32,000 nucleotides of DNA. Origin: Propionibacteriaceae bacterium. Lineage in GTDB: Bacteria; Actinomycetota; Actinomycetes; Propionibacteriales; Propionibacteriaceae. The notes beneath the pieces were generated by a model, which saw nothing but the letters and a program-made list of their open reading frames with translations, was not told where the DNA came from and did no database searches. The stretch is from NCBI GenBank assembly GCA_031256725.1, contig JAIRQE010000018.1, positions 1 through 32,000 on the forward strand. Reading direction: 5' to 3'. A program made the translations under genes and the position numbers. Positions 9,543 through 19,326 of the stretch are shown here, one piece after another. Each line of letters starts with the position of its first letter. The stretch's first letter is position 1.

Positions 9543-10532
9543 ATGCAGCCTCCGTATGATTCCAATCAGGTCCCGCCGACTCCACCCATTCCACCGATAC
9601 CACCTCAGTACCCACCACAGGGTCAAGGATGGGTGCCCCCAGTTCAACCAGTGATAAAGAGATCCCTTGATCTTGGATTCACTTACTCAACGACCTTCAA
9701 GATTTTCAAGGCCAGATTCCTGCCCTTCATAAGCATTGGTGCCATTGCTTCAGTTATCCTTTTTGTGCCACTGACCATCATGATGGCCTGGTGGATAAGT
9801 ATGATAGTTGACGGGTTGAGTTTTGAATACTCACAGATAGCCACTCCCAGCCAAGTCATGGTTGCCTCAGCAATTCTCGCGGTGTACATCTTCCTTTCCG
9901 TTCTTGTGAGTTGGTGGGCTACCCTCTCCTGTTGCACGCTCGCAAACGGAGAATGGAATGCACAACCACTATCGTTGGGGGAAGCTTGCCGTGCAGGTCT
10001 TGCTCGCCTGAGTTCCCTTGTGCCAATAGCAGCCCTAGCCGGATTTGCCTATGGCTTGGGTATCTGGGGTTCCACTAGCGGCTTTATTGCCTTCTTCGAC
10101 TGGGCTCCTCGCGCTAACGAAGATTCGATAATTGCTATGCTTACGATCTTTCTTGTCGTGGCGATACTATTGTCCATCGCTGCTTGTGTGGTGGTCATCA
10201 TTCTCACTGTGAGATGGTTTGTAGCACTGCCAGTCATAGCAGTCGAACACAAGAGGATCTGGCCAGCGTTGGGTCGAAGTTCACAGATCACCAAGGGATC
10301 ACGCGGAATGATCTTCATAGTCATGCTCCTCGTGAGTATCGCATTGAGTATCGCCATACAGACCATCACCCTTCCTGCCTCCCTTGCCAGTCTTAACGAT
10401 GAGTTCACAACAGTATGGTTCATCATGGGCATCAGTTGCCTGTTTTCAGTGATCACTGTGCCTATCATGCCCATCATCTCCCTGGTCGTCTATCGTGACC
10501 GTCTGCAATGGGTGGCGCCACAGCTTCAGTGA
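9543..10532 (+). CDS. polytopic membrane protein with proline-rich N-terminal tail, function unknown
   Basis: N-terminus PPTPPIPPIPPQYPPQGQG followed by about 6-7 hydrophobic helices. Good ATG context (aataagggatATG). Confidence 0.7.
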   Translation: MQPPYDSNQVPPTPPIPPIPPQYPPQGQGWVPPVQPVIKRSLDLGFTYSTTFKIFKARFLPFISIGAIASVILFVPLTIMMAWWISMIVDGLSFEYSQIATPSQVMVASAILAVYIFLSVLVSWWATLSCCTLANGEWNAQPLSLGEACRAGLARLSSLVPIAALAGFAYGLGIWGSTSGFIAFFDWAPRANEDSIIAMLTIFLVVAILLSIAACVVVIILTVRWFVALPVIAVEHKRIWPALGRSSQITKGSRGMIFIVMLLVSIALSIAIQTITLPASLASLNDEFTTVWFIMGISCLFSVITVPIMPIISLVVYRDRLQWVAPQLQ

Positions 10533-10555
10533 CTGTGCAAAGCGGGAGTGGGTAC

Positions 10556-11491
10556 ATGAACTCTCTTGAGCGTGATTGCGAGACCTATCTCAACCATCTC
10601 AAGGCTGAACGCGGTCTCTCAAGTCATACAATCGTCGCCTATGCCCGAGACTTGAATCATTACCGTGACTATCTTGAAAGCTTGGGGATCTGCGATACCT
10701 CAGCAATCACCTCAACGACAGTGTCCGGGTTTCCGGTACACCTGTCTCACATGGGTTTGGCTCAGTCCTCCATAGGTCGGATGACCGTGGCGGTACGTGG
10801 TCTCCACCGTTTCTGGGCTGATGAGGGAATCACCAGTGATAACCCAGCCCAGATGGTGACACCTCCCGCTGCTGGACGCCACCTGCCGAAAGCCTTGACC
10901 CTTGATGAGGTGGAGCGCCTGATTTCAGCGGCTGGCGGGAACCAGGAAGATCCCACACCCGATCAGCTAAGTGATTGGGCCCTCGTCGAATTGCTCTATG
11001 GTACAGGTGCCAGAATCTCCGAAATCCTAGCCCTCAATGTTGACGATGCCACCAGAATGCTTGCCGACACTTCCATTGGCCTGAAATTCCTAGGTAAAGG
11101 CAATAAGGAGAGAGTGGTACCCGTGGGTACCTTTGCGCGCCAGGCCCTGGATTCCTGGTTGGTACGAGGGCGCCAGACCCTCGCAGTGCGAGCAAAACAG
11201 GCCACCCCTGCACTCTTCCTCAATTCGCGCGGTGCGCGTCTGTCTCGGACCGCAGCCTTCAACAGGATCGCTGCCTTAGGAGTTTTAGCCAAGATTTCCA
11301 AAGAGATTTCCCCCCACACCCTGCGCCATTCCTATGCCACCCATCTGCTTGATGGTGGCGCTGATGTTCGCGTGGTACAAGAACTGCTTGGTCATTCCTC
11401 GGTAGCCACCACCCAGATCTACACCCTTATTACAGTTGATCATCTGCGAGAGGTGTACCGTACCTCTCATCCTCGGGCTTTAGCGGGATAA
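10556..11491 (+). CDS. xerD: site-specific tyrosine recombinase XerD
   Basis: N-terminal core-binding domain YLNHLKAERGLSSHTIVAYARDL. Catalytic ARISE, HTLRHSYATHLL, LLGHSSVATTQIYT. I chose ATG 10556; the tracked ORF start at 10508 would overlap the previous gene by 25 nt. Confidence 0.9.
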   Translation: MNSLERDCETYLNHLKAERGLSSHTIVAYARDLNHYRDYLESLGICDTSAITSTTVSGFPVHLSHMGLAQSSIGRMTVAVRGLHRFWADEGITSDNPAQMVTPPAAGRHLPKALTLDEVERLISAAGGNQEDPTPDQLSDWALVELLYGTGARISEILALNVDDATRMLADTSIGLKFLGKGNKERVVPVGTFARQALDSWLVRGRQTLAVRAKQATPALFLNSRGARLSRTAAFNRIAALGVLAKISKEISPHTLRHSYATHLLDGGADVRVVQELLGHSSVATTQIYTLITVDHLREVYRTSHPRALAG

Positions 11492-11601
11492 GAGGGGAAT
11501 GGCAGCGCAAAACTGGGCTCGAACTGGTACCTCGCCTGTGACCCCCGTAGAATAGGGGAGATTGACCTCGTATAAGCACGGGGAGAGAGCGGGCCAAAGA
11601 T

Positions 11602-14328
11602 ATGAACCTTCTGGACAGGATCCTTCACATTGGTGAAGGCAAGCTCATCAAGGAACTCCAAGTCGTTGCCAACCAGGTGGCGAGTATTGAAGAGGATTAC
11701 CTTGAGATGAGCGACGAGGAGTTGAGGTCGCAAACCGATGACTTCAAAACCCGCTTTGGTAACGGGGAATCCCTTGATTCGCTCATGCCATTCGCCTTTG
11801 CTACTGTCCGTGAGGCATCCCGTCGTGTGTTAGGCAAGCGCCACTTCGACGAACAAATCATGGGTGGTACAGCCCTCCACAAGGGAACCATTGCTGAAAT
11901 GAAGACTGGTGAAGGTAAGACCCTTGTTGCTGTCCTCCCCTCCTATCTCAATGCTCTTGCTGGCAATGGGGTCCATGTGATCACGGTTAACGATTACCTT
12001 GCCAAGTTCCAATCTGAGCAGATGGGTCGAATCCACCACTTCCTGGGCATGGAAACCGGGGTGATCCTTTCGCAAATGAGTCCAGCGGAAAGGCGTGTAG
12101 CCTATGGCGCGGACATCACCTATGGCACAAACAATGAGTTCGGTTTCGACTATCTTCGCGACAATATGGCTCTGCGTTTGGAGGATTGTGTACAGCGCGG
12201 GCACCATTTCGCCATTGTGGATGAGGTTGACTCCATCCTGATTGATGAGGCTCGTACCCCTCTGATCATCTCTGGCCCATCGGAGGAGAACAACCAGTGG
12301 TACCCAGAGTTTTCCCGTATCGCGACCGCACTCAAGCGTGACACCCACTACGAGGTCGATGAGAAGAAGCGTACAGTCTCCGTTTTAGAGTTGGGTATCA
12401 CCGCAGTCGAACAGCGTCTCGGGATAGAAAACCTCTACGAGTCTGCCAATACTCCGCTGATCTCCTTCCTAAACAATGCGATCAAAGCCAAGGAACTCTT
12501 CAAGAGGGACAAGGATTATGTGGTCACCGATGGTGATGTGTTGATTGTTGACGAGTTCACGGGCCGTACCCTGGAAGGCCGTCGCTATTCTGAGGGCCTC
12601 CACCAGGCATTGGAAGCCAAGGAAGGTGTGGAGATCAAGGCTGAGTACCAAACACTCGCTACAATCACCTTGCAGAATTACTTCCGTATGTACGACAAGC
12701 TTGCCGGAATGACTGGTACAGCCCAAACGGAGGAATCCGAATTCCAGAAGATCTACGGGTTGAGGGTTCTGCCTATTCGCACCCACCTGCCGATGGTTCG
12801 CGACGACAAGAAGGACTATGTCTATCGTACCGAAACCGCAAAGTTTGATGCCATTGTGGCTGATGTGGTGGAACGAAACGACAAGGGACAGCCTGTTTTG
12901 ATTGGTACCGCCTCTGTTGCCAAATCCGAGGAACTCTCAAGACGATTGAAGATGTCTGGGGTTCCCCACCAGGTCCTCAACGCGAAGCAGCATGCTCGTG
13001 AGGCAGCCATTATCGCCTTGGCTGGTCGAAAGGGTGCTGTGACCGTGGCCACCAACATGGCTGGTCGTGGTACAGACATCATCTTGGGTGGTAACCCAGA
13101 ATTCCTTGCTGACGCCTTGTTGAGAGAGCGCGGACTTGACCCCGTAGAAACCCCTGATGACTATGAAGCAGCTTGGCCAAAAGCTGTTGAGGAAATCTCC
13201 AAACAGGTGGCCGCTGAGCATGAAGAAGTGGTGGCTGCAGGTGGGTTGTACGTCATTGGTTCTGAACGTCACGAAGCTCGACGTATCGACAACCAGTTGC
13301 GTGGACGCTCCGGTCGACAGGGTGACCCCGGCGAATCCCGTTTCTATCTCTCCCTCCAAGACGACCTCATGAGGCTCTTCAAGGGGGACATGGTGGATTG
13401 GTTCATGAGAGCCCTCAAGGTCCCAGATGATATGCCCATCGAAGACAAGAGAATCACCAAGATGATCAAGAATGCTCAGGAGCAGGTTGAGGCCCAGCAT
13501 TTTGAGACTCGAAAGAACGTTCTGAAGTACGACGATGTCATGAACCGTCAGCGTTGGGTGGTCTACCGCGACCGCCGCTCAGTGTTGGAGGGTACCGACA
13601 TTGAGGAGCAACTGCGTGACACAGTCACCAAGGTTGTGACTCAATATGTTGAGGGCGCTACCGAAGGGTTCGAGGAGGATTGGGATCTGGAGTCCCTGTG
13701 GACACAGATGAAGACCCTCTATCCTGTACGTCTGAAGATGTCCAAGTTTGCCGATGAGGATCTCACCCCCGAGACCCTGGTTGAAGCCTTCGTCGAGGAT
13801 GCCCGGGCTGCCTATGATTCCCGGGAAAAGGAATTGGGTGAGGAAACCATGAGACGTATCGAGCGTCAGGTTCTCCTGACAGTCTTGGATCGCAAGTGGC
13901 GTGAACACCTCTACGAAATGGATTATCTGCGTGAGGGCATCGGCTTGAGGTCCATGGCTCAGCGTGACCCGCTGATTGAGTACCAGCGCGAGGGTGCTGG
14001 AATGTTCCTGGAGATGATGGATTCGGTTATGGAAGAGGTTGTCTCTTTCCTCTTCAGAATCGAAGTACAACAAACACAAGCCCCCAGAATAGAAGCTGTT
14101 GAGTCGCGTAAGGATCCCCGTCGTGCCGCTCGTCAGGCTCTCGCTGCTGAAGAGGCAGCTGCCCGATCTGAGATCCACATCACAGCTGATGGTATCCTCG
14201 CTCCGACCATCCAGCGCAGTAACGTGGTGAAGAAGGCAGCCCCCCAGTCAGCACAAACGACTCAAACAGCCTCCCTGCGAGAGGCTCGTCCTGGCGCTTC
14301 CGGGCGTCGAAACAAGAAGAAGCGCTAG
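11602..14328 (+). CDS. secA: preprotein translocase ATPase SecA
   Basis: [10 protein letters not shown] Walker [31 protein letters not shown]. 908 aa with a basic C-terminus and no Cys-rich zinc motif. Confidence 0.97.
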   Translation: MNLLDRILHIGEGKLIKELQVVANQVASIEEDYLEMSDEELRSQTDDFKTRFGNGESLDSLMPFAFATVREASRRVLGKRHFDEQIMGGTALHKGTIAEMKTGEGKTLVAVLPSYLNALAGNGVHVITVNDYLAKFQSEQMGRIHHFLGMETGVILSQMSPAERRVAYGADITYGTNNEFGFDYLRDNMALRLEDCVQRGHHFAIVDEVDSILIDEARTPLIISGPSEENNQWYPEFSRIATALKRDTHYEVDEKKRTVSVLELGITAVEQRLGIENLYESANTPLISFLNNAIKAKELFKRDKDYVVTDGDVLIVDEFTGRTLEGRRYSEGLHQALEAKEGVEIKAEYQTLATITLQNYFRMYDKLAGMTGTAQTEESEFQKIYGLRVLPIRTHLPMVRDDKKDYVYRTETAKFDAIVADVVERNDKGQPVLIGTASVAKSEELSRRLKMSGVPHQVLNAKQHAREAAIIALAGRKGAVTVATNMAGRGTDIILGGNPEFLADALLRERGLDPVETPDDYEAAWPKAVEEISKQVAAEHEEVVAAGGLYVIGSERHEARRIDNQLRGRSGRQGDPGESRFYLSLQDDLMRLFKGDMVDWFMRALKVPDDMPIEDKRITKMIKNAQEQVEAQHFETRKNVLKYDDVMNRQRWVVYRDRRSVLEGTDIEEQLRDTVTKVVTQYVEGATEGFEEDWDLESLWTQMKTLYPVRLKMSKFADEDLTPETLVEAFVEDARAAYDSREKELGEETMRRIERQVLLTVLDRKWREHLYEMDYLREGIGLRSMAQRDPLIEYQREGAGMFLEMMDSVMEEVVSFLFRIEVQQTQAPRIEAVESRKDPRRAARQALAAEEAAARSEIHITADGILAPTIQRSNVVKKAAPQSAQTTQTASLREARPGASGRRNKKKR

Positions 14329-14335
14329 GTCTTCG

Positions 14336-14842
14336 TCAGCCAACAACAAGATCGGTACACACCCAACGCCCCGATTTGTACATCACTTTCAGGGCTGCTG
14401 CATGATTCAGTCGTGCTGTTGACAGGCGCAGAGTCACCTCGGCTGAGGACTTTGTGGCCTGTTGTACCCTCATTGAGGCAAGGCGTACATTCGATCCACG
14501 AAGCCTATGGAGACGCTGAGAGAGTACCATCAGAGCCCTGGATTCAAAGTGTGACTCCAATTGGCTCAAACGTCGCCGACCATCCAAAGCCTCAGCAATA
14601 ATCCGAGCAAACTGTGATGAGATAGCCGTGATAACCGGATCTATTGTCAACTCAGGGTCATGTTGGTCAGGGGAAACCACCTCAGTGGGGGTCTCGCGGA
14701 TAATTGGGTTGGCCTGAGTCCGAGGATCCCAACCCCACGAGGAACTCAAGGACTGGGTACCAGACTCAGGATCCCAGATCCATCCTTCAGGCTGTGTAGG
14801 GCTATCCATGAGGATGCACTGGGCCTGTGCAATATCGATCAT
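14336..14842 (-). CDS. Rv3235-family protein (conserved actinobacterial, unknown function)
   Basis: Converges on secA with a 7-nt gap, as the family does in other actinobacteria. C-terminal pattern AEALDGRRRLSQLESHF...VRLASMRV...EVTLRL matches my recollection of the family. Confidence 0.6.
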   Translation of the reverse strand: MIDIAQAQCILMDSPTQPEGWIWDPESGTQSLSSSWGWDPRTQANPIIRETPTEVVSPDQHDPELTIDPVITAISSQFARIIAEALDGRRRLSQLESHFESRALMVLSQRLHRLRGSNVRLASMRVQQATKSSAEVTLRLSTARLNHAAALKVMYKSGRWVCTDLVVG

Positions 14843-15127
14843 AATCCACTATCACTGATGTGGAGGTACAACTTCAAGAGATCCCAGCCGAATCTGTGGA
14901 TAACTCCTTCGTCATCCATACGTAGCTGGATCATTCAGGGTTTAGGTTGAGTACATAGTCACGAATGGCCTAGTTATGTGGGTATTTCCTAGGGTAGCGA
15001 TGCGTAAACGAGCCAGTCATGGATGCAGGCCCCGATAATGAAGTGCTTGGTCTAGTTGGAGATAGATGAGGTCAAGGGGTTCAGCCTCTGTCCATCCTTC
15101 AGATTGTATACCATTTTGTAAAACCGA

Positions 15128-15604
15128 TCAGGGGTTGCTGGTCAGCCATTCGTTGCCAACTTTTTCGCAGGCTTTGATGACGTTGGAGAGGTACTGTTCA
15201 GCCATCTTTTCGATCTTTTTTCCGAAGAGGGGAATCTTGACTGAGAAGTCGGCATCATAAATCATTTGGGAGCCTGAGGGGGTGGGGCCTAGGCGCAGTG
15301 GACCATCGGAGGTTGCTGGAACTCCGGCTACACTCAATGTGAGTCGGCCTGTACGAGCGCCATTAGGGGAGGCTGGTTGCCAGGTGACTGTTTCGGTGAT
15401 CGTCATGGTTGGGCCGAGAATTTTCCGCGCAGCCTCAGGAGAAATCATGGTGAACACAGAGGTCATACCATCATCAAGGTTGGTCGTGGTCACATTGTCA
15501 GCCTTGATTTCGGCTCCAACGTGGTCGGCAAACTTCGGGTTGGTGAGCATGTCGGCAACGCGATTGGGGGCCGCTGTAAAGGACAGTGTCGACGTGATCT
15601 GCAT
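15128..15604 (-). CDS. DUF2505 (SRPBCC-like) protein
   Basis: C-terminal pattern VKIPLFGKKIEKMAEQYLSNVIKACEKVGNEWL is typical of DUF2505. TACCAT lies 7 nt upstream of the ATG, a possibly leaderless arrangement. Confidence 0.7.
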   Translation of the reverse strand: MQITSTLSFTAAPNRVADMLTNPKFADHVGAEIKADNVTTTNLDDGMTSVFTMISPEAARKILGPTMTITETVTWQPASPNGARTGRLTLSVAGVPATSDGPLRLGPTPSGSQMIYDADFSVKIPLFGKKIEKMAEQYLSNVIKACEKVGNEWLTSNP

Positions 15605-15645
15605 ACCCCCTATGGTAGGCTAACCGGGTTCACAGGAGGTTGACT

Positions 15646-16416
15646 TTGGAGACTGTTTTAGGGGAAATCACCGTTCATTTCGAGGCTCGCGGATCCGGGC
15701 CCTATGTCTTCTTGCTCCATGGCTGGGGGTCCAACCTCACGTTGTTCAATGATCTGGCCGAGACCCTATCCTCTCAGTATTGCGTTGTCAGCCTTGATTT
15801 TCCGGGCTGTGGAGGAACTGGGGAGCCGAGTGAGCCCTGGGGATTGGATGACTACGTCAAGTTTACTTCTGAGTTCATTTCGAGCTTTGATGCTGATGAG
15901 ATAATCCTGCTCGGTCATTCGCACGGTGGGCGTGTCGCGATCCGATTGGCGACAGATCCTGATGTTCCTTTCACGATTACGAAGATGATCCTTGTTGATT
16001 CAGCAGGGATTCTTCCGCGCCGCAGTGTGGAGTATCACCTGCGTGTACTCTCCTATAAAGCAGGAAAAGCTCTTCTGTCGTGGCCTCCTGTTGCCAAGGC
16101 CTTCCCTGAGGCTTTGGGAGCCCTACAGAAAGCCCTCGGATCGAGTGATTATTCGAGTGCATCCCCAATAATGAGGGCATCGCTGGTCAAAGTTGTGAAC
16201 ACTGATTGTGAGCCTCTTCTGCCCAAGATCACAGCGGAAACCTTGATTATCTGGGGGGAGAATGATGAGGCCACCCCGGTCAGCGATGGGCAAAAGATGG
16301 AGAAGGCGATCCCTGGATCAGGGTTGGTCGTCCTACCTAATGCGGGCCATTACTCTTTCATTGACCAGGAGTACACCTTCGGTAAGGTCATGGAATCATT
16401 CCTTCAGATAAGCTAA
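15646..16416 (+). CDS. alpha/beta-fold hydrolase
   Basis: HGWGSN oxyanion region, nucleophile elbow GHSHGG, C-terminal NAGH. AGGAGG at 15634-15639 favours the in-frame TTG at 15646 over the tracked TTG at 15640. Confidence 0.85.
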   Translation: METVLGEITVHFEARGSGPYVFLLHGWGSNLTLFNDLAETLSSQYCVVSLDFPGCGGTGEPSEPWGLDDYVKFTSEFISSFDADEIILLGHSHGGRVAIRLATDPDVPFTITKMILVDSAGILPRRSVEYHLRVLSYKAGKALLSWPPVAKAFPEALGALQKALGSSDYSSASPIMRASLVKVVNTDCEPLLPKITAETLIIWGENDEATPVSDGQKMEKAIPGSGLVVLPNAGHYSFIDQEYTFGKVMESFLQIS

Positions 16417-16420
16417 AGAT

Positions 16421-17962
16421 ATGTGGATTCTTGTTCCAGTCATTGTGTTGGGGGTCGCTGCTGTTGCGGCTGTACTGCCCAAGCATATGCACATCTTCCA
16501 ACTCAACTCCTATCGGGCAGCAGAGCAACTGAAGTGGCTGGGTGTGCATCGTGGTGCGTGGGTACCTCAAGTCATTGCAGCAGTTTTCGCCCTGGGGGCC
16601 ATTGTCCTGCCTGTACTCTGTGGGATCGTCTTGGTGCTCCTCTTCAGCCTTGTCGTCTATCTCAATAGGCCCCAGAAGAAGGTTGCGAAGAAACCATTGG
16701 TGTACACACCTCGAGTGGTACGTATGTTCGTGACCATCGCAATTCTTGTAGTCGTCGTCATCATGATTCTCACCTTCATCCCGGCGCGATTCCAGATTCT
16801 GGTGGCCACATTCCCCTTTATTCTGAGTCCATACTTGGCTGTCATTGCTGATTTTGTGAACATCCCGATTGAGTACGCCATACGCCAGAGGTACCTTAAA
16901 GATGCTCGCAGGATGCTGGCTAGTCACCCCAAACTGGTGAAGATTGGTATCACTGGTTCTTTTGGGAAGACCTCAGTAAAGTATTACCTCACCACTGTTC
17001 TTCGCGGGCGATTCAATGTGCTCATGACCCCGGAATCTTATAACACGCCTATGGGGATTACGAAGACTATTCGCTCGGATCTCAGGGCAACTCATGAGGT
17101 TTTTGTCTGCGAGATGGGGGCTGCGAGAGCCGGGGAGATTAAAGAGAATTGCGACCTCGTGTCTCCAACTATTGGGGTGATCACTGCCATTGGTGAGCAA
17201 CACCTGTCGACCTTTGGTACCCAGGATGCTATCTTGGCCACGAAGCTGGAGTTGGCTGACGCAGTCAAGGGTAAGGGGCTGGTCTACCTTAACGGGGACG
17301 ACGCAATCCTTCGTACGAACCAGCCTGACCAAGAGCGGTGGCTCTATGGGTTGGGTACAACCAATGGCACCTATGCTTTCGACATTGAAGTCTCAACCAC
17401 GGGTACGACCTTCTCACTCAACCACCGTGGGGTCATCATCGCAAAGATTGCGACCCCCCTCATTGGAAAGCATAATATCCAAAACCTAGCTGGTGCAGCA
17501 GCGGTCGCTCTTGATCTGGGTGTGACTGAGACTGAGTTGAGGACCCAGATGAGGAAACTCGAACCTGCACCTCATCGTCTCGCCATGTCCCGTAAGAATG
17601 ATGTCACCATCATTGATGACGCCTATAACTCGAATCCTGCGGGAGCGAAGGCTGCCCTCGACACTCTGGCCATGTTTGAGGCCACGAAGATCCTTATTAC
17701 TCCTGGGATGGTTGAACTTGGTGTACGCCAAGAGGCATTGAATGAGGAGTTTGGTGCCCAGGCTGCTTTCTGTGATTATGTGTACCTGATCGGGGCTAAG
17801 CAGACTGAACCTATCGCTCGTGGATTGATTGAAGCCGGTTATGATCCCGCAAAGATCACCGTTCTTAATGATGTTCGCGAAGCGATCGCTCACGCCCAAG
17901 CTCTGCCCACCACAGGGGCCAAGGTCATCCTCTTGGAGAATGATCTGCCTGACAACTACTGA
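16421..17962 (+). CDS. MurF-type Mur ligase (UDP-MurNAc-tripeptide--D-Ala-D-Ala ligase-like) with N-terminal multi-pass membrane domain
   Basis: P-loop GITGSFGKTS at residues 176-185, GKHNIQNLAGAAAVAL, MurF-type DDAYNSNP. Residues 1-146 are four or five hydrophobic helices. Starts 4 nt after the hydrolase stop. Confidence 0.85.
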   Translation: MWILVPVIVLGVAAVAAVLPKHMHIFQLNSYRAAEQLKWLGVHRGAWVPQVIAAVFALGAIVLPVLCGIVLVLLFSLVVYLNRPQKKVAKKPLVYTPRVVRMFVTIAILVVVVIMILTFIPARFQILVATFPFILSPYLAVIADFVNIPIEYAIRQRYLKDARRMLASHPKLVKIGITGSFGKTSVKYYLTTVLRGRFNVLMTPESYNTPMGITKTIRSDLRATHEVFVCEMGAARAGEIKENCDLVSPTIGVITAIGEQHLSTFGTQDAILATKLELADAVKGKGLVYLNGDDAILRTNQPDQERWLYGLGTTNGTYAFDIEVSTTGTTFSLNHRGVIIAKIATPLIGKHNIQNLAGAAAVALDLGVTETELRTQMRKLEPAPHRLAMSRKNDVTIIDDAYNSNPAGAKAALDTLAMFEATKILITPGMVELGVRQEALNEEFGAQAAFCDYVYLIGAKQTEPIARGLIEAGYDPAKITVLNDVREAIAHAQALPTTGAKVILLENDLPDNY

Positions 17963-17978
17963 GTAGACTGGATGACCT

Positions 17979-19172
17979 ATGAAAATTTCTGTAGCTGTAC
18001 TCTTCGGCGGTAAGTCCGTTGAACACGAGGTCTCAATCATTTCTGCTGTTCAAGCGATGAAAAGTCTGGACACTGAGAAGTACACGATCATCCCGGTGTA
18101 CATCACGAAAACCAACGAGTTCTATAGCGGTGAGGACTTGATGAATATCGAGTCCTATAAGGATATTCCGGGGCTATTGAAGAAGAGTCGTCGAGTGAGT
18201 TTTCGGGTGGAGGGCAGTCGTACCTTCCTTGAATCGAAGTCAACTAATGTTGTGGGTCAACTCCTGGGTGTGAAAACTGCTCAGCTTGTTGATGTGGCAT
18301 TCCCTGTCGTTCATGGTACGAATGTTGAAGATGGTGCCCTCCAGGGATTCCTAGAAACCGTGAACCTGCCCTATGTGGGTCCCCATGTACTCGCATCAGC
18401 AGTGGGAATGGATAAATACGTCATGAAGGTTCTTCTTGCTGAAGCCGGTTTTCCGGTTCTGCCCGGCAAGAGATTTTCGGTACAACAGTGGCACGCCGAT
18501 GAGGTTGTCGCGCATGTTGAGAAAGACTTCTCGTACCCTGTGATTGTGAAACCAATAAACCTCGGGTCTTCAGTTGGCATCGGCAAAGCCAGCAGTACAT
18601 CTGAGCTGCGTGACTGTTTGGATGAAGCCTTCTCTTTCGCAAAGTACGTACTCGTTGAGCCCGCAGTCGAGAACCTGAAAGAGATCAACTGTTCTGTGGT
18701 CGGGGATTCCTCGAATGCGGAAGCCTCTGAATGCGAAGAGCCCCACATGTCTGACGAGATCCTTAGTTATGAGGATAAGTACGTTTCCACTGGCAAGGGT
18801 TCAAAGAGTGGCTCCAAGGGTATGGCTTCACTCAAACGAAAAATCCCCGCCGACATCACGAAGAAGCAACGTGACCAGATCCGTAGCTTAGCTGTGGATT
18901 CCTTCAAGCATCTGGACCTCGCTGGAGTCACCCGAGTCGACTTCCTCATGGATGGAAAGTCGGGCGAAATCTGGATCAACGAAGTCAACACCATCCCAGG
19001 ATCCCTCTCCTTCTATCTCTGGGAACCCATAGGAGTCTCCTACCCAGAACTCCTGGACCGTTTGATTTTCCTAGCCCTAAAACGTGAACGAGAAACCCAG
19101 GATCTCAGCTACTCCTTCGACACCAATATCCTCGCTGGAACCTGGACAGGTACCAAAGGTACCAAGTCCTAG
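17979..19172 (+). CDS. ddl: D-alanine--D-alanine ligase (long form)
   Basis: FGGKSVEHEVS, ATP-grasp core, RVDF, NEVNTIPGS. 397 aa with a G/S/K-rich insertion STGKGSKSGSKGMASLKRK. Starts 16 nt after the MurF-like stop. Confidence 0.9.
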   Translation: MKISVAVLFGGKSVEHEVSIISAVQAMKSLDTEKYTIIPVYITKTNEFYSGEDLMNIESYKDIPGLLKKSRRVSFRVEGSRTFLESKSTNVVGQLLGVKTAQLVDVAFPVVHGTNVEDGALQGFLETVNLPYVGPHVLASAVGMDKYVMKVLLAEAGFPVLPGKRFSVQQWHADEVVAHVEKDFSYPVIVKPINLGSSVGIGKASSTSELRDCLDEAFSFAKYVLVEPAVENLKEINCSVVGDSSNAEASECEEPHMSDEILSYEDKYVSTGKGSKSGSKGMASLKRKIPADITKKQRDQIRSLAVDSFKHLDLAGVTRVDFLMDGKSGEIWINEVNTIPGSLSFYLWEPIGVSYPELLDRLIFLALKRERETQDLSYSFDTNILAGTWTGTKGTKS

Positions 19173-19326
19173 TAGCTTCCCTTGTCTACACCCTACCCAG
19201 CCACTGATCGGCACTTGTGATGAACGGTGGCGACTGCGCCTCAACTGCGCCTCACACGACCGTGGAAGTGGATTAACCAAGAGCATGCTTGTGTCGAAGC
19301 TGTAACTCATTAAAATACAACCGAAA

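Noticed and set aside
11500-11560. tRNA-like fragment (gggctcgaactggtacc) in the xerD-secA spacer.
   Set aside because: I could not build an acceptor, anticodon or T-arm cloverleaf by hand, and the stems flanking the TCGAA-like core are not complementary.
14895-14903. Perfect DnaA-box 9-mer (TTATCCACA on the minus strand) in the 285-bp spacer upstream of the Rv3235-family gene, plus a one-mismatch box TTATCCACC at 25341-25349.
   Set aside because: These are single isolated boxes with no cluster, no AT-rich unwinding element and no dnaA/dnaN context. One perfect 9-mer in 64 kb of two-strand sequence is within chance expectation.
19233-19254. Tandem 11-bp duplication ACTGCGCCTCA x2 and an 8-bp palindrome AGCATGCT in the ddl/parC-like convergent gap.
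   Set aside because: There are only two units, they are very short, and I can infer no associated structure or function. Replication slippage is the likely origin.
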